From the NCBI GenBank assembly GCA_934725575.1, contig CAKVCK010000001.1:218808-282807 (forward strand): a stretch of DNA of 64,000 nt, read 5' to 3'. Below are positions 48,631-58,861 of the stretch, piece after piece. Positions within the stretch are counted from its first letter, which is position 1. The number at the start of each line of letters is the position of its first letter. The stretch is from an uncultured Bacteroidales bacterium. Its GTDB lineage: Bacteria > Bacteroidota > Bacteroidia > Bacteroidales > UBA932. Position numbers and translations under genes: made by a program. Under the pieces are notes generated by a model. It saw only the letters and a list, made by a program, of their open reading frames with translations, was not told where the DNA came from and ran no database searches.

Positions 48631-50496
48631 CTATTTAATAGGCATTGACTTGATTACCTTTGTATTTATTTCGTTCAGTTTCTTTTCATCCAGCTTGATG
48701 ACCTTGCGGTCGTAAGTCATAAGACCGTTGACCTCGCCCTCGACATCCGTCGTCTGGGTATAGACAGCGCCGCAGACTCCCTGCTTGACCAGAAGGATAA
48801 GGTGCTCGGCGAACTTTTCATACTCAGCAAGGACCTCATCTCCATTCTTGTACTGGACATATCCCCAGTTGCGGTCAGGCTGCCACAGATGTCCTTCCAG
48901 CGGAAGTCCGATGCCACCATATTCACCTACGACATTAGCCATCTTCGTCTCCCAAAGATACATTGCAGGATAAGGATAATGGTGGTTGTCCATAATGTCA
49001 CCGCAGTCAGGCTCCCAGTTTCCGCCAGAGGACATATTAATCAGTCTTGTAGGATCCAGGGCTCTTGTGAACTCGACAGCGGCCTTTGTGTCAAACTGGC
49101 TCCAGGCCTCGTTGAACGGCACCCACATCACGATGCAAGGGAATTTCTTCACCTGCGCGATGATCTCGGACCATTCCTTATAATAGTTGGCCTTGGCCTG
49201 AGGGGTGGCAGGGAAGTCTGTACCCTCATTGTAGTTATGAATCCCCCACTTGTTGAGGTTGTTGGAGCCGAAGCAAGGCATATCCTGCCAAACGAGCATT
49301 CCGAGCTGGTCGCAGTAGTAGAACCAGCGTGACGGCTCGACCTTGATGTGCTTGCGGATCATATTGAACCCGAAATCCTTGGTCTTCTGAATATCATATT
49401 TCAGAGCCTCATCGGTCGGTGCGGTGTAGAGTCCGTCAGGCCACCAGCCCTGATCAAGCGGGCCAAACTGGAACAACGGCTGGCCATTGAGTCCCATAAG
49501 TTTGGTGTTCTTGTTCTTCACATAGAGGGAAACCTCACGCATAGCGGTATAGCCATCGACAGAGTCAATGGTCTTGCCGCCACGGACAACTGAGACCTTA
49601 AGGCCGTACAGGTACGGAGAGTCCGGAGACCAAAGCTTGGCATCTTTCACAGGCAACGTCACAGTGCCGCCAGGAACGGTCATTCCCTGGGCGATAACCT
49701 TTGACGATGCGTTCTCCGTCGAATAGCCGATGCCTCCGTCAAGAAGCGCCACCTTCACGATGTCCCCTTCCTGAACGCCTTCAGTTGAGACAGTAACATC
49801 AAGCGTTCCTGCCTTAATGTCTGAGACAGCGTAATAGTCAGCGATATGAGCTTTTGCGACCGGCTCGATCCAGACGCTCTGCCATATTCCCGAAACAGCC
49901 GTGTACCATATTCCCTTAGGGTTCTTTACCTGCTTTCCTCGAGGTTGGAAATCATTGTCGGTAGCGTCAAGCACCCTGACAGCGAGTTTGTTCTCACCAT
50001 TCTTAATGTAAGGTGTAACATCAAACGAGAAGTGGGTGTAACCGCCAGTGTGTCTGCCGACCTGCACATCATTGACATACACATCAGCCTGCCAGTCAAC
50101 CGCCTCAAAGTTGAGCATCAGCCTCTTGCCTTTCCAGGCTGACGGAACCTTGAATGTTGTCTTATACCAAAGGGCATCCTCAGGGGTCAAGGTACGTCCC
50201 ACTCCGGAAAGCGAGGACTCCACGGCGAACGGCACAAGAATATTCCCGTCAAATGTTTCAGGCTGAGCGCTGTCTTTTGAGGTTATTGAATATTCCCACA
50301 ACCCATTGAGAGACTTCCACTCAGGGCGTACCATCTGAGGACGGGGATATTCCGGATGAGCGTTGGTCGGAGAAACCTCCTCAGCCCAAGGTGTGCGGAT
50401 GTGATCCCCGGCGGGGGCCCAAGACTGGGCGGCCATCGGAGCGGCGAATGCCATCACAGCCGCAAGAACAGAGTAAAATTGTGTTTTCATTGTCAT
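48631..50496 (-). CDS. Glycoside hydrolase family 2 (candidate beta-glucuronidase given the uxuAB context; beta-galactosidase or mannosidase not excluded)
   Basis: 621 aa with a signal peptide. GH2 sugar-binding, Ig and TIM domains. Candidate acid/base in WVPFNEAW and nucleophile in VVGEYGGIG. Confidence 0.8.
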   Translation of the reverse strand: MTMKTQFYSVLAAVMAFAAPMAAQSWAPAGDHIRTPWAEEVSPTNAHPEYPRPQMVRPEWKSLNGLWEYSITSKDSAQPETFDGNILVPFAVESSLSGVGRTLTPEDALWYKTTFKVPSAWKGKRLMLNFEAVDWQADVYVNDVQVGRHTGGYTHFSFDVTPYIKNGENKLAVRVLDATDNDFQPRGKQVKNPKGIWYTAVSGIWQSVWIEPVAKAHIADYYAVSDIKAGTLDVTVSTEGVQEGDIVKVALLDGGIGYSTENASSKVIAQGMTVPGGTVTLPVKDAKLWSPDSPYLYGLKVSVVRGGKTIDSVDGYTAMREVSLYVKNKNTKLMGLNGQPLFQFGPLDQGWWPDGLYTAPTDEALKYDIQKTKDFGFNMIRKHIKVEPSRWFYYCDQLGMLVWQDMPCFGSNNLNKWGIHNYNEGTDFPATPQAKANYYKEWSEIIAQVKKFPCIVMWVPFNEAWSQFDTKAAVEFTRALDPTRLINMSSGGNWEPDCGDIMDNHHYPYPAMYLWETKMANVVGEYGGIGLPLEGHLWQPDRNWGYVQYKNGDEVLAEYEKFAEHLILLVKQGVCGAVYTQTTDVEGEVNGLMTYDRKVIKLDEKKLNEINTKVIKSMPIK

Positions 50497-50509
50497 TATT
50501 TGTTTTGTG

Positions 50510-52069
50510 TCATTTAATCAGGTTACCTAAAATAGAGCGCGTAAGCTCTCTCGTGACCGTGCGGGTGACGGCGGACGTAGTGTTCTTAACAACCTTTGAC
50601 GTGCCGCTCCCCTTCTTGGTCTTCTTGCCCGTCACCTTGTTGGAGACAGCCGTCCCGACCGAAGCGGCCACAGACGCTGTCACCGCCGTGACAACAGCCT
50701 TGGCGAGCTTTCCGAACAGCCCGTTGCCGCCCTTACTTTGCCTGCTTTCGGCCTCCTTGGCCTCGGCGGCAGCCTTTTCCTCCTCCTGTTTCTGCGCAAG
50801 AAGCACCTCGAACGCGCTTTCACGGTCAACCGGAGTGTCATATTTCCCGAATATTCTGGAAGACTTTATAAGACGGTCCCTTTCGGATTCGTCGATCGCA
50901 CCGATCTGGCTCAAAGGGAAGAGAATCTTCGCCTTCTGAACCACACCAGGAGACCCGCCTGCCTCAAGGAAGGAGACGAGAGCCTCTCCTGTTCCAAGGT
51001 TCATAATGGTCTCCGAAGTGTCGAACGCAGGATTTGCCCTGAAAGTCTCGGCGGCCACCCGGACGGCCTTCTGATCCTTCGGCGTGAACGCCCTGAGAGC
51101 GTGCTGCACACGGTTTCCAAGCTGTCCGAGAATGCTTTCAGGAATGTCGGTCGGACTCTGAGTCACGAAATACACTCCGACTCCCTTGCTTCGTATGAGC
51201 CTTACCACCTGCTCGATCTTGTCAGTCAAAGCCTTTGGCGTGTCGTCAAAAAGCATATGCGCCTCATCGAAGAAGAACACCAGCTTCGGAAGATCCAGAT
51301 CGCCTACTTCAGGAAGCGTGGTGTAGAGCTCGGAAAGCAGCCAGAGCAGGAATGTTGAATACAGCTTCGGCTTAAGCATCAACTTGTCGGCAGCCAGCAC
51401 ATTCATCACACCCTTCCCACCCTCGCAGGCCAGAAGGTCTTGAATATCAAAGGCCGGCTCTCCGAAGAACAGATCCGCCCCCTCGCTCTCAAGGGCCAGG
51501 ATCGACCTCTGGATAGCTCCTACGGAAGCCGCAGCGATGTTGCCGTAGGTTGACGAATATTCAGAAGCGTGTTCAAGGGCGAAATTCAGCATTGAGCGCA
51601 AGTCCTTGATGTCGAGGATGAGCAGTCCTCTCTCATCGGCTATCCTGAACACGATGTTCAACACGCCCTCCTGCGTGTCGTTAAGCCCAAGGATACGGCT
51701 CAAAAGCTGTGGTCCCATCTGGGAGACGGTGCACCTGAGCGGATGTCCCTGCTGACCGAACACATCGTAGAAGCGTACCGGGCAGCTTTGGAACTGAGGA
51801 TTCTCGATTCCGAACTCGGCCATTCTCTTCTCGATGAAGCCGCTGAGTTTTCCTGGTTGGGATATTCCGGAAAGATCACCTTTCATATCCGCCATAAAGC
51901 AAGGCACACCGGCCTGGCAGAATGTCTCGGCCATAACCTGAAGTGTGACGGTCTTTCCCGTGCCGGTGGCACCGGCGATAAGCCCGTGCCTGTTCGCCAT
52001 CTTTCCCACTATGGATAGTGGCCCGTCAGCGCTATGGGCTATCCACAGCCCGTTTTTCGAGTCGTACAT
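50510..52069 (-). CDS. HerA-like / DUF853 (YjgR-like) P-loop ATPase with a Lys/Thr-rich C-terminal tail
   Basis: 519 aa. Walker A (GATGTGKT) and Walker B-like (LVFFFDEAH). Overall similarity to the E. coli YjgR family. Basic low-complexity C-terminal tail. Confidence 0.75.
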   Translation of the reverse strand: MYDSKNGLWIAHSADGPLSIVGKMANRHGLIAGATGTGKTVTLQVMAETFCQAGVPCFMADMKGDLSGISQPGKLSGFIEKRMAEFGIENPQFQSCPVRFYDVFGQQGHPLRCTVSQMGPQLLSRILGLNDTQEGVLNIVFRIADERGLLILDIKDLRSMLNFALEHASEYSSTYGNIAAASVGAIQRSILALESEGADLFFGEPAFDIQDLLACEGGKGVMNVLAADKLMLKPKLYSTFLLWLLSELYTTLPEVGDLDLPKLVFFFDEAHMLFDDTPKALTDKIEQVVRLIRSKGVGVYFVTQSPTDIPESILGQLGNRVQHALRAFTPKDQKAVRVAAETFRANPAFDTSETIMNLGTGEALVSFLEAGGSPGVVQKAKILFPLSQIGAIDESERDRLIKSSRIFGKYDTPVDRESAFEVLLAQKQEEEKAAAEAKEAESRQSKGGNGLFGKLAKAVVTAVTASVAASVGTAVSNKVTGKKTKKGSGTSKVVKNTTSAVTRTVTRELTRSILGNLIK

Positions 52070-52080
52070 CGTTGTCAGTT

Positions 52081-52629
52081 TTATTGTTGTTCCACTTCTT
52101 TGCTGAAAAATGAGAAATGAACACGACCGTATCTCTTCTCTTTCATAAAATACGGGTGTCCAGTGAATGAGTGCTCGTCACCGTGCTCCAGGATGAAATA
52201 GCATCCCGGATGAAGGATGTCCGCGGAAAAAACCTTGTCTGGAATGGTCTCAAGGCCCTCCAGCGCATACGGAGGATCTGCGAAGACAATGTCGAACTTT
52301 TCGTGGCAGATCGTCAGGAAATCAAAGACATTGTCCCTGACCATCGTGACATTGTCCAGTCCCAGCCGCTTGGCCTCGGTCTTGATGAACGAGGCGTTCT
52401 CCCTTGCCATCTCGACCGTCCAGACCCTTGACGCCCCTCTGGAGGCGAACTCAAAGGCGACCGCACCAGTGCCACCGAAAAGATCCAGAACCTTAAGGTC
52501 CTCGAACTCATATTCATTGCCAAGCACATTGAAAAGGCCTTCGCGAGCAAAGTCCGTCGTAGGCCTGGCCTTGTAGCCGGCCGGTGGATTGATTGTCTTT
52601 CCGCGAAGCCGCCCTCCTATGATCCTCAT
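52081..52629 (-). CDS. rsmD: 16S rRNA (guanine966-N2)-methyltransferase RsmD
   Basis: 182 aa. MRIIGG.LRG start, SAM motif [17 protein letters not shown] motif. Confidence 0.85.
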   Translation of the reverse strand: MRIIGGRLRGKTINPPAGYKARPTTDFAREGLFNVLGNEYEFEDLKVLDLFGGTGAVAFEFASRGASRVWTVEMARENASFIKTEAKRLGLDNVTMVRDNVFDFLTICHEKFDIVFADPPYALEGLETIPDKVFSADILHPGCYFILEHGDEHSFTGHPYFMKEKRYGRVHFSFFSKEVEQQ

Positions 52630-53318
52630 AACCTTTCCACTGATTTGAAATAACGGTAAAGGGACATCATCTCCTCTTCCTTGAGCGGCGTGCGGAAATA
52701 CACGGACGAGACTTCCGGATTGAGCTGGAGCTTCCGAACGGCCATAAAGAGGAAATATTCCGCGGTGGTGAAATCAGCGGCGCGGAACACGTTGGCCAGA
52801 AGCAGGTTCCGGCCCTGGGATATTCCAAGATGAAGGTAACCGGCGGCATACGAGGCCACAATCCTGTTATATTCATCGACCTTTTGCAGATCCTTTAGGA
52901 TGAAGTACATCTCCGGAAGGATCCGCGCGGCCTTTCCCTCCTCGTCAAGCACAGCCTGCGAGATCGTGCGGGACAGCATCTCACCTATCGAAAGGGAATA
53001 CACCAGCTCCGCCGCATATTCCGGAAGACCGATATGGCCGACCTCGTCATCATTGCCAAGAGCAACCGTTTCGGACAAAGTCTCCCGCGCCTTGGCTTCA
53101 TCAAAGAAAGCGGTCGGCACCAACGCCACCTTCGGAGTCAACAGCGACACCTCCACCTTCGGGTATCTCCTCTGAAGCTCCGGAGCGGTGAATACGGTGT
53201 CAGCGGCACGCCAGCCGGACTCCATAGAAGAGCTACCATCCACCACCTTAAAAGAATATCCATTCAAGCAAACTTGAATGGATATTCCGGTTGTCATTTT
53301 CTGTGGATTCCAGTCCAT
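52626..53318 (-). CDS. Bacteroidetes conserved hypothetical protein (DUF3822-like), translationally coupled to rsmD
   Basis: 230 aa. 4-nt overlap with the rsmD start. Family assignment from memory and uncertain. Confidence 0.5.
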   Translation of the reverse strand: MDWNPQKMTTGISIQVCLNGYSFKVVDGSSSMESGWRAADTVFTAPELQRRYPKVEVSLLTPKVALVPTAFFDEAKARETLSETVALGNDDEVGHIGLPEYAAELVYSLSIGEMLSRTISQAVLDEEGKAARILPEMYFILKDLQKVDEYNRIVASYAAGYLHLGISQGRNLLLANVFRAADFTTAEYFLFMAVRKLQLNPEVSSVYFRTPLKEEEMMSLYRYFKSVERL

Positions 53319-53332
53319 CCGCGAGGCAGGCG

Positions 53333-54046
53333 TTACTCCCAGTTACCAACGTTATTGTTAGGAGCGGAGACGCTTCCGACCATAAGGCCTTCGTAGCGGC
53401 CCTGATCCTCGCACTCAGCGACCAGATTCACAACCAGCTGATGGTTGAGGCCGTTCAGGACGGACTTCCAAGGCATCTTGGCCTCGAACAGAGGAACGTT
53501 CACACCGGAAACCTTCTTCACGATGGCGTCCATCCCGATCTTCGTGACGGCGGCGACTGCCTCACCCTCGGTGGCGAAAGGAATCTCGTCGATCTTGTTG
53601 ATGTCGAAATCAGGTCTGCCGAGGAACAGGGTGTCCTTCACGGCGATCTTGTTCTGGATCGAGAACACAAGGTTCTTGTCCCCTTCCTGATAGAGCTTGT
53701 AAAGGCCTTCGTCGGTTATGCCTCTGTGAGACTTCTTCACCTCATTGGTGTGTGCCACGGCAAGCGAGTCATCCTTTGAGCCGACCTGCATAAGGACGAC
53801 CATCTGACCGTTGTTGTAGAACTGCTTGAGGGTGTCGAACGACGCGGTGAACCTCTCGTTCACGCCCTTGAAGGCGACCTGAAGGTCACGGATGTCCTTC
53901 AGTCTCTGGACAGCGACTTTCTTCCTGGCCTCGACTTCCTTGTTGAATCTCACCGGCTCCATAATGCCGTCATAGATCTTGTAGACCAAAAGGATTGCGC
54001 AAAGCGCCAGCACGATGCAAAGGATCGTTTTCAGTGTCTTGTTCAT
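53333..54046 (-). CDS. Hypothetical membrane-anchored protein
   Basis: 237 aa. N-terminal TM anchor (ILCIVLALCAILLVY), no recognizable motifs. Same strand as and close to the downstream genes. Confidence 0.5.
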   Translation of the reverse strand: MNKTLKTILCIVLALCAILLVYKIYDGIMEPVRFNKEVEARKKVAVQRLKDIRDLQVAFKGVNERFTASFDTLKQFYNNGQMVVLMQVGSKDDSLAVAHTNEVKKSHRGITDEGLYKLYQEGDKNLVFSIQNKIAVKDTLFLGRPDFDINKIDEIPFATEGEAVAAVTKIGMDAIVKKVSGVNVPLFEAKMPWKSVLNGLNHQLVVNLVAECEDQGRYEGLMVGSVSAPNNNVGNWE

Positions 54047-54142
54047 TATTCTTAGTTTTTATGTTTTTCAATGGCGAAAAGACTATACGTCAATTCTTGA
54101 CAAAGTTAGAAAATTGATTTATGAAATGCAATATAATATTTG

Positions 54143-54150
54143 TAATTTTG
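54143..54150 (+). promoter_or_regulatory. Candidate -7 box (TAatTTTG) for the DHH phosphoesterase gene
   Basis: Exact TAnnTTTG ending about 10 nt before the proposed ATG at 54160. Supports the downstream start over the ORF-track start at 54121. Confidence 0.35.
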
Positions 54151-54159
54151 CAGACAGCA

Positions 54160-55194
54160 ATGAAAGACATCGCAGTTTTAGACAAAATGACGGGAAGTTC
54201 TTCCCGGATCACGATAGCCGTCCACACCCATCCTGACGGGGATGCCGTAGGGAGCGGCACAGCCTTGCTGAGCTATCTGACAGAGGTCAGAGGCAAGGAT
54301 GCGGCACTGATTGTGCCGGACAGCATTCCCGACACCCTTTCCTTCATCTCAGAGGGAATCGAGCCGGGAAGGATTATGGTGTTTGACAATGAGCGGGACA
54401 AGGCCGAGAAATGGATCTCATCAAGCGACACTATCTTCTGCCTGGACTGCAACTCTTTCTCCAGGACCGCTGAAATGGAGTCCTTCCTAAGGGATGCCAA
54501 GGCCGCCAAAATTCTGATCGACCATCACTTGAATCCCGAAAGAGACTCGTTCGATCCGGTGTTCTCAGAGACGGAGACATCCTCAACCTGTGAGCTTCTG
54601 TACACGATTCTGATGGAGATGCCGGACGTGCGGCGGGACGCTTCGGCCCTGCCACGGAAATGCGCCGCCTCCCTGCTTACAGGGATGACGACGGACACGA
54701 ACAATTTCGCGAACTCCGTGTTCCCCGGAACCTTTGAGATGGCAGCCGCCCTCATCGGAGCCGGTGTCGACAGGGACGGAATCCTCTCCAGCCTGTACAA
54801 CAACTACCGGGAGAACAGACTGAGGCTGATGGGGTTCCTGATGAGCGAGCGCCTAAGGATCACTCCGGACGGAGTCGCCTACATCATTCTGGACGAGGAT
54901 ATTCAGAAAAGATTCGACTTCAGGCGCGGCGAGAGCGAAGGGTTCGTGAATATGCCGTTGTCGATAGCGACCGTGCGGATGAGCATATTCCTGACTCAGG
55001 AAGACGGCGTATTCAGAGTTTCCGTCAGATCGAAGAAAGGGACTTCGGCGAATCTTTGCGCCGCCACTTATTTCAACGGCGGAGGCCACGAGCAGGCCGC
55101 CGGCGGCAAACTGGTTGTCGGGAAGGATCTTGCTTCCGCGTCGGACGCCGAGGCATACATCTTGAAAGCAACCGGGAAGTTTTTTGCGAAATGA
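54160..55194 (+). CDS. DHH-family phosphoesterase (NrnA-like oligoribonuclease / pAp phosphatase)
   Basis: DHH motifs (IAVHTHPDGDAVGS, DHH at IDHHLN) and a DHHA1-type C-terminus (GGGH at FNGGGHEQAAGG). Confidence 0.8.
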   Translation: MKDIAVLDKMTGSSSRITIAVHTHPDGDAVGSGTALLSYLTEVRGKDAALIVPDSIPDTLSFISEGIEPGRIMVFDNERDKAEKWISSSDTIFCLDCNSFSRTAEMESFLRDAKAAKILIDHHLNPERDSFDPVFSETETSSTCELLYTILMEMPDVRRDASALPRKCAASLLTGMTTDTNNFANSVFPGTFEMAAALIGAGVDRDGILSSLYNNYRENRLRLMGFLMSERLRITPDGVAYIILDEDIQKRFDFRRGESEGFVNMPLSIATVRMSIFLTQEDGVFRVSVRSKKGTSANLCAATYFNGGGHEQAAGGKLVVGKDLASASDAEAYILKATGKFFAK

Positions 55195-55736
55195 CAAAGA
55201 TGCACATCATAATTCCGGCTCTGGCTCTCCTTTTCCTTGCCACATCCTGCGGCAAGGACGAGAATGACGTTTACAGCCAGCAGGAAAAGAACATAGAATC
55301 CATCGTCAATTCATTGACAGAGAGCAACACCGAGGCCACGGTGGATTATCTGGACGGTCCGGTCAGGGTCACGGTCTCAAGCGGCGAGGGCGAGGCGCTC
55401 AAAAACGGTGGCACCGTCACCTTCAAATACGCCGGTTACCGGATCAGCGGATCCAGCTTGAGTTCTGGCAATCTTTTCATCACCAATGATAAGGATTTCG
55501 CCGAATCATCCAACTGGACGGTAACCGACAGCACAGTCTTCAAGACAGACACGTTCGTATTCAATGACGACAATTTCGTGAAGGGGTTGAAAACCGGAAT
55601 GGAAGGAGTCAAGGCAGGAGACGAATGCTACGTCCTGTTCAGCGGAAAGTACGGATTCGGCAAACACACGACCGGCATAGTGCCCGGAAACTCGGCTTTG
55701 GCCTATCATTTGTGGATAAGCAGCGTCTCGAATTAA
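55191..55736 (+). CDS. FKBP-type peptidyl-prolyl cis-trans isomerase lipoprotein
   Basis: Start MTKMHIIIPALALLFLATSCGKDE (lipobox). C-terminal FKBP signature (GVKAGDECYVLFSGKYGFGK...GIVPGNSALAYHLWI). Its start overlaps the upstream stop as ATGA. Confidence 0.8.
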   Translation: MTKMHIIIPALALLFLATSCGKDENDVYSQQEKNIESIVNSLTESNTEATVDYLDGPVRVTVSSGEGEALKNGGTVTFKYAGYRISGSSLSSGNLFITNDKDFAESSNWTVTDSTVFKTDTFVFNDDNFVKGLKTGMEGVKAGDECYVLFSGKYGFGKHTTGIVPGNSALAYHLWISSVSN

Positions 55737-55762
55737 TCAATGAGAAAAAAAATAAAAAAGTT

Positions 55763-56812
55763 ATGAATATATTAAGGAAAGGAACTTCATCTTTGCGCTG
55801 TGCGGCCGCGTTGGCCACGCTTGTGTTGGCGGCGTCCTGCGCGAAGGAAACCACCACCTACGAGAACGATGACGTAAAGCTCTATCTGGACGCTTGGATG
55901 AGCGTGCACCATCCGGATGTGCAGCCTACCGGGCTTGGAGTTTACATCATCGACGATCAGCCCGGCACAGGCGAGGCTGTCACGGATGACGACTACTACT
56001 ATTTCATCCGCTACACCTCGAGGGACCTGGACGGGAACATCAGCAGCACATCCGAGGAGAAAGTGGCTCAGCAGGTCGGCAGCTACACGAAAGGAAACTA
56101 CTATGGCCCTACTGTGATCCTTGATTCCTACTACGCCACCCAGCCGGGTATTCTGGATGCTGTCAAGGGTATGAAAGTCGGAGGCACAAGAACGGTAGTC
56201 GTGCCGGGTTGGCTGAACTCCACCCTTGACGAGAAGGAAAGCTACAGCACCGCCGAGGAGTTCTACAAGCACAAGAGCGGAAGCAACGCCATCTACAGGC
56301 TCACCTTGACCGACAAGGCCAAAGACATCTACAAATGGGAGGTCGATTCATTGGAAAGGTTCACCGCACACAAGATGAACGATGTGGACTCCACATTCTA
56401 CGGCTACTACTACCAGCAACTGAAGGAGCCGACGGACACGACCACGTTTCCGCGCGACACCACGTTCTACATCAACTACATCGGAAGGCTTCTGAACGGA
56501 CAGGTGTTCGACACCACCATCGAGGACACAGCTAAATTCTACGGAATTTATTCTTCCTCAAAGACATACGAGCCGCAAATGGTCAAGTTGAGCGAAACCT
56601 ACACAGACATCACACTCGGCGGCACAAGCAGTTCTGACGGAAGCACCACCATCAATGGCTTCTCATATTGCCTTTCCAAATTGAAAGCATACGAAAAGGG
56701 AATCTGCGCGTTCTACTCGGCTCTTGGCTATGGCTACAGCGGAAGCGGAAACGCAATCCCAAGATTCGCTCCGCTGACTTTCGAAATCGAGATTGTTGAC
56801 AAAGAAGAATAA
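55763..56812 (+). CDS. FKBP-type peptidyl-prolyl cis-trans isomerase lipoprotein (longer, two-domain)
   Basis: Start MNILRKG...LAASCAKE (lipobox). FKBP-like segments (GMKVGGTRTVVVPGWL; C-terminal ALGYGYSGSGNAIPRFAPLTFEIEIV). Confidence 0.75.
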   Translation: MNILRKGTSSLRCAAALATLVLAASCAKETTTYENDDVKLYLDAWMSVHHPDVQPTGLGVYIIDDQPGTGEAVTDDDYYYFIRYTSRDLDGNISSTSEEKVAQQVGSYTKGNYYGPTVILDSYYATQPGILDAVKGMKVGGTRTVVVPGWLNSTLDEKESYSTAEEFYKHKSGSNAIYRLTLTDKAKDIYKWEVDSLERFTAHKMNDVDSTFYGYYYQQLKEPTDTTTFPRDTTFYINYIGRLLNGQVFDTTIEDTAKFYGIYSSSKTYEPQMVKLSETYTDITLGGTSSSDGSTTINGFSYCLSKLKAYEKGICAFYSALGYGYSGSGNAIPRFAPLTFEIEIVDKEE

Positions 56813-56824
56813 GGATAGAATATA

Positions 56825-58222
56825 ATGTCACAGACACAGACGGCTCCTACCGAGCTTGGAAGTGAGAGCATCGGAAAGTTGCTCAAGAAGTACGCAGTCC
56901 CTGGCATAATCGCTATGACTGCGTCTTCTCTCTATAATATGGTGGACAGCATCTACATCGGGCATATTCCCGGATCGGGATCGCTGGCCATCTCGGGACT
57001 TGCTGTCACGTTCCCGCTGATGAACCTCAGCACGGCGCTCGGCACTCTTGTCGGCGTCGGGGCGGCGACCATGATCTCCGTGCTGCTCGGACAGCGGAAC
57101 TACAAGATCGCCAACAAGGTCCTGGCCAACGAGGTGACCCTGAACTGCATCGTCGGCCTCCTGTTCACCGTGTTCTGCCTGATGTTCCTGGATCCGATTC
57201 TCTATTTCTTCGGAGCCAGCGCCAACACGCTGAAGTACGCCAGGGACTATATGGAGATCATTCTCTACGGGAATGTCATCACTCATCTTTACTTTGGACT
57301 GAACAACATCATCCGGTCTTCGGGCAACCCGAAGATGGCGATGGGGCTGACCCTCTTCACGGTGATCCTCAACAGCATCCTTGACCCGATATTCATTTTC
57401 ACATTCGGGATGGGAGTGCGCGGAGCGGCAATCGCCACGGTCATCTGCCAGGCCGTATCGCTGGCGTATTCAATATACTACTTCGCCCGTAAGGACAACG
57501 TGCTGCGCCTGCCAAAGGGATTCTTCAGTCTTGAATGGAGAATCGCAAAGGATTCATTGTCAATCGGTATGGGGCCTTTTTTGATGAACTCGGCCTCCTG
57601 CATCGTGACGATGTTCATCAACCAGCAGCTGCTCAAGTACGGCGGAGACCTTGCCATCGGAGCGTTCGGCATCATCAACAGGATCAACTTCCTGTTCATT
57701 ATGGTCGTGATGGGATTCAATCAGGGTATGCAGCCTATAGCCGGGTACAACTTCGGGGCAAGGAAATATTCAAGGGTCCGCGAGGTCTTCCTGCGCACAT
57801 CGATGTGGGCAACGATCATAACCGGTTTCTGGTTCATCGCCTCTGAGTTCTTCCCTGGAGTGATGGTCAGCATATTCACTAATGATCCTGATCTGATGGA
57901 AATGGCGGACAAGGGGTTGAGGGTGATGAACCCGGTTGTGCTGATCGTAGGTTGGCAGATGGTATCGACCAACCTGTTCCAGAGCCTCGGAATGGTCCGG
58001 AAGTCAATATTCCTGTCCCTCAGCCGCCAACTGCTTTATCTTGTGCCTCTGCTGTACATATTGCCATTCTTCTTCGACATCCACGGAGTGTTCGCGGCGT
58101 TCCCGATCTCCGATGCGCTGGCCTGCATCACGACATTGGTCATGATCGGCAATCTCATGCGCAAATTCAGCAGACTCAAGGACGGGGACGAGCCTACGAT
58201 CCTTGGAAGCGCCATCTCATAA
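56825..58222 (+). CDS. MATE-family efflux transporter
   Basis: 465 aa, 12 predicted TM helices. MATE N-terminal pattern (...GIIAMTASSLYNMVDSIYIGHI). Confidence 0.9.
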   Translation: MSQTQTAPTELGSESIGKLLKKYAVPGIIAMTASSLYNMVDSIYIGHIPGSGSLAISGLAVTFPLMNLSTALGTLVGVGAATMISVLLGQRNYKIANKVLANEVTLNCIVGLLFTVFCLMFLDPILYFFGASANTLKYARDYMEIILYGNVITHLYFGLNNIIRSSGNPKMAMGLTLFTVILNSILDPIFIFTFGMGVRGAAIATVICQAVSLAYSIYYFARKDNVLRLPKGFFSLEWRIAKDSLSIGMGPFLMNSASCIVTMFINQQLLKYGGDLAIGAFGIINRINFLFIMVVMGFNQGMQPIAGYNFGARKYSRVREVFLRTSMWATIITGFWFIASEFFPGVMVSIFTNDPDLMEMADKGLRVMNPVVLIVGWQMVSTNLFQSLGMVRKSIFLSLSRQLLYLVPLLYILPFFFDIHGVFAAFPISDALACITTLVMIGNLMRKFSRLKDGDEPTILGSAIS

Positions 58223-58245
58223 CGGAAACATAAAGCCCATAATAT

Positions 58246-58857
58246 ATGAACGAACAACACAAAATAATCAACATCGGACGCCAGTTCGGAAGCGGCGGAA
58301 AGCTTGTCGCCCAAAGAATCAGCGAGAGCCTCGGCATTCCGGTATATGATAACGAACTGATTTCCAAGGCGGCGGACGAGAGCGGTTTCAGCAAGGAACT
58401 GTTCGAGCGCAGCGATGAGAAAAGAAGCATTTTCAACATTTCCTCTTTCTTCGGCAACGGAAGGTTCGGTGAGGCGCGGAACTACGTCGGAGACAACGAG
58501 CTTTTCAAAATCCAAAGCGAGGTGATCAGGAATATAGCCGCGAAAGGCCCGGCGATCTTCGTTGGGCGGTGCTCCAACTACATCCTTCGCGACCTCAGAT
58601 GTCTGGACGCGTTCATCACGGCTCCTCTGGAGGATCGTGTGAAAAGGGTGGCCGAAAGGCTGGAGATAAGTCCGGACGAGGCGCGCAACAGAATCGAAAG
58701 GCAGGACAGGACCAGAGAGACCTACTACAATTTCTTCACTTTCGGAAACTGGGGAGCGTCATCCGACTATGACCTGTGCATAGATTCCTCTCTGCTGGGA
58801 ATAAACGGAACAGCGGACTTTATCATCGAATTCGGGGAAAAGGCTGGATTGATCTAA
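58246..58857 (+). CDS. Cytidylate-kinase-like family protein (P-loop NTPase, Cytidylate_kin2 type)
   Basis: 203 aa. N-terminal INIGRQFGSGGKLVAQ P-loop variant typical of this Bacteroidetes family. Confidence 0.75.
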   Translation: MNEQHKIINIGRQFGSGGKLVAQRISESLGIPVYDNELISKAADESGFSKELFERSDEKRSIFNISSFFGNGRFGEARNYVGDNELFKIQSEVIRNIAAKGPAIFVGRCSNYILRDLRCLDAFITAPLEDRVKRVAERLEISPDEARNRIERQDRTRETYYNFFTFGNWGASSDYDLCIDSSLLGINGTADFIIEFGEKAGLI

Positions 58858-58861
58858 GAAT

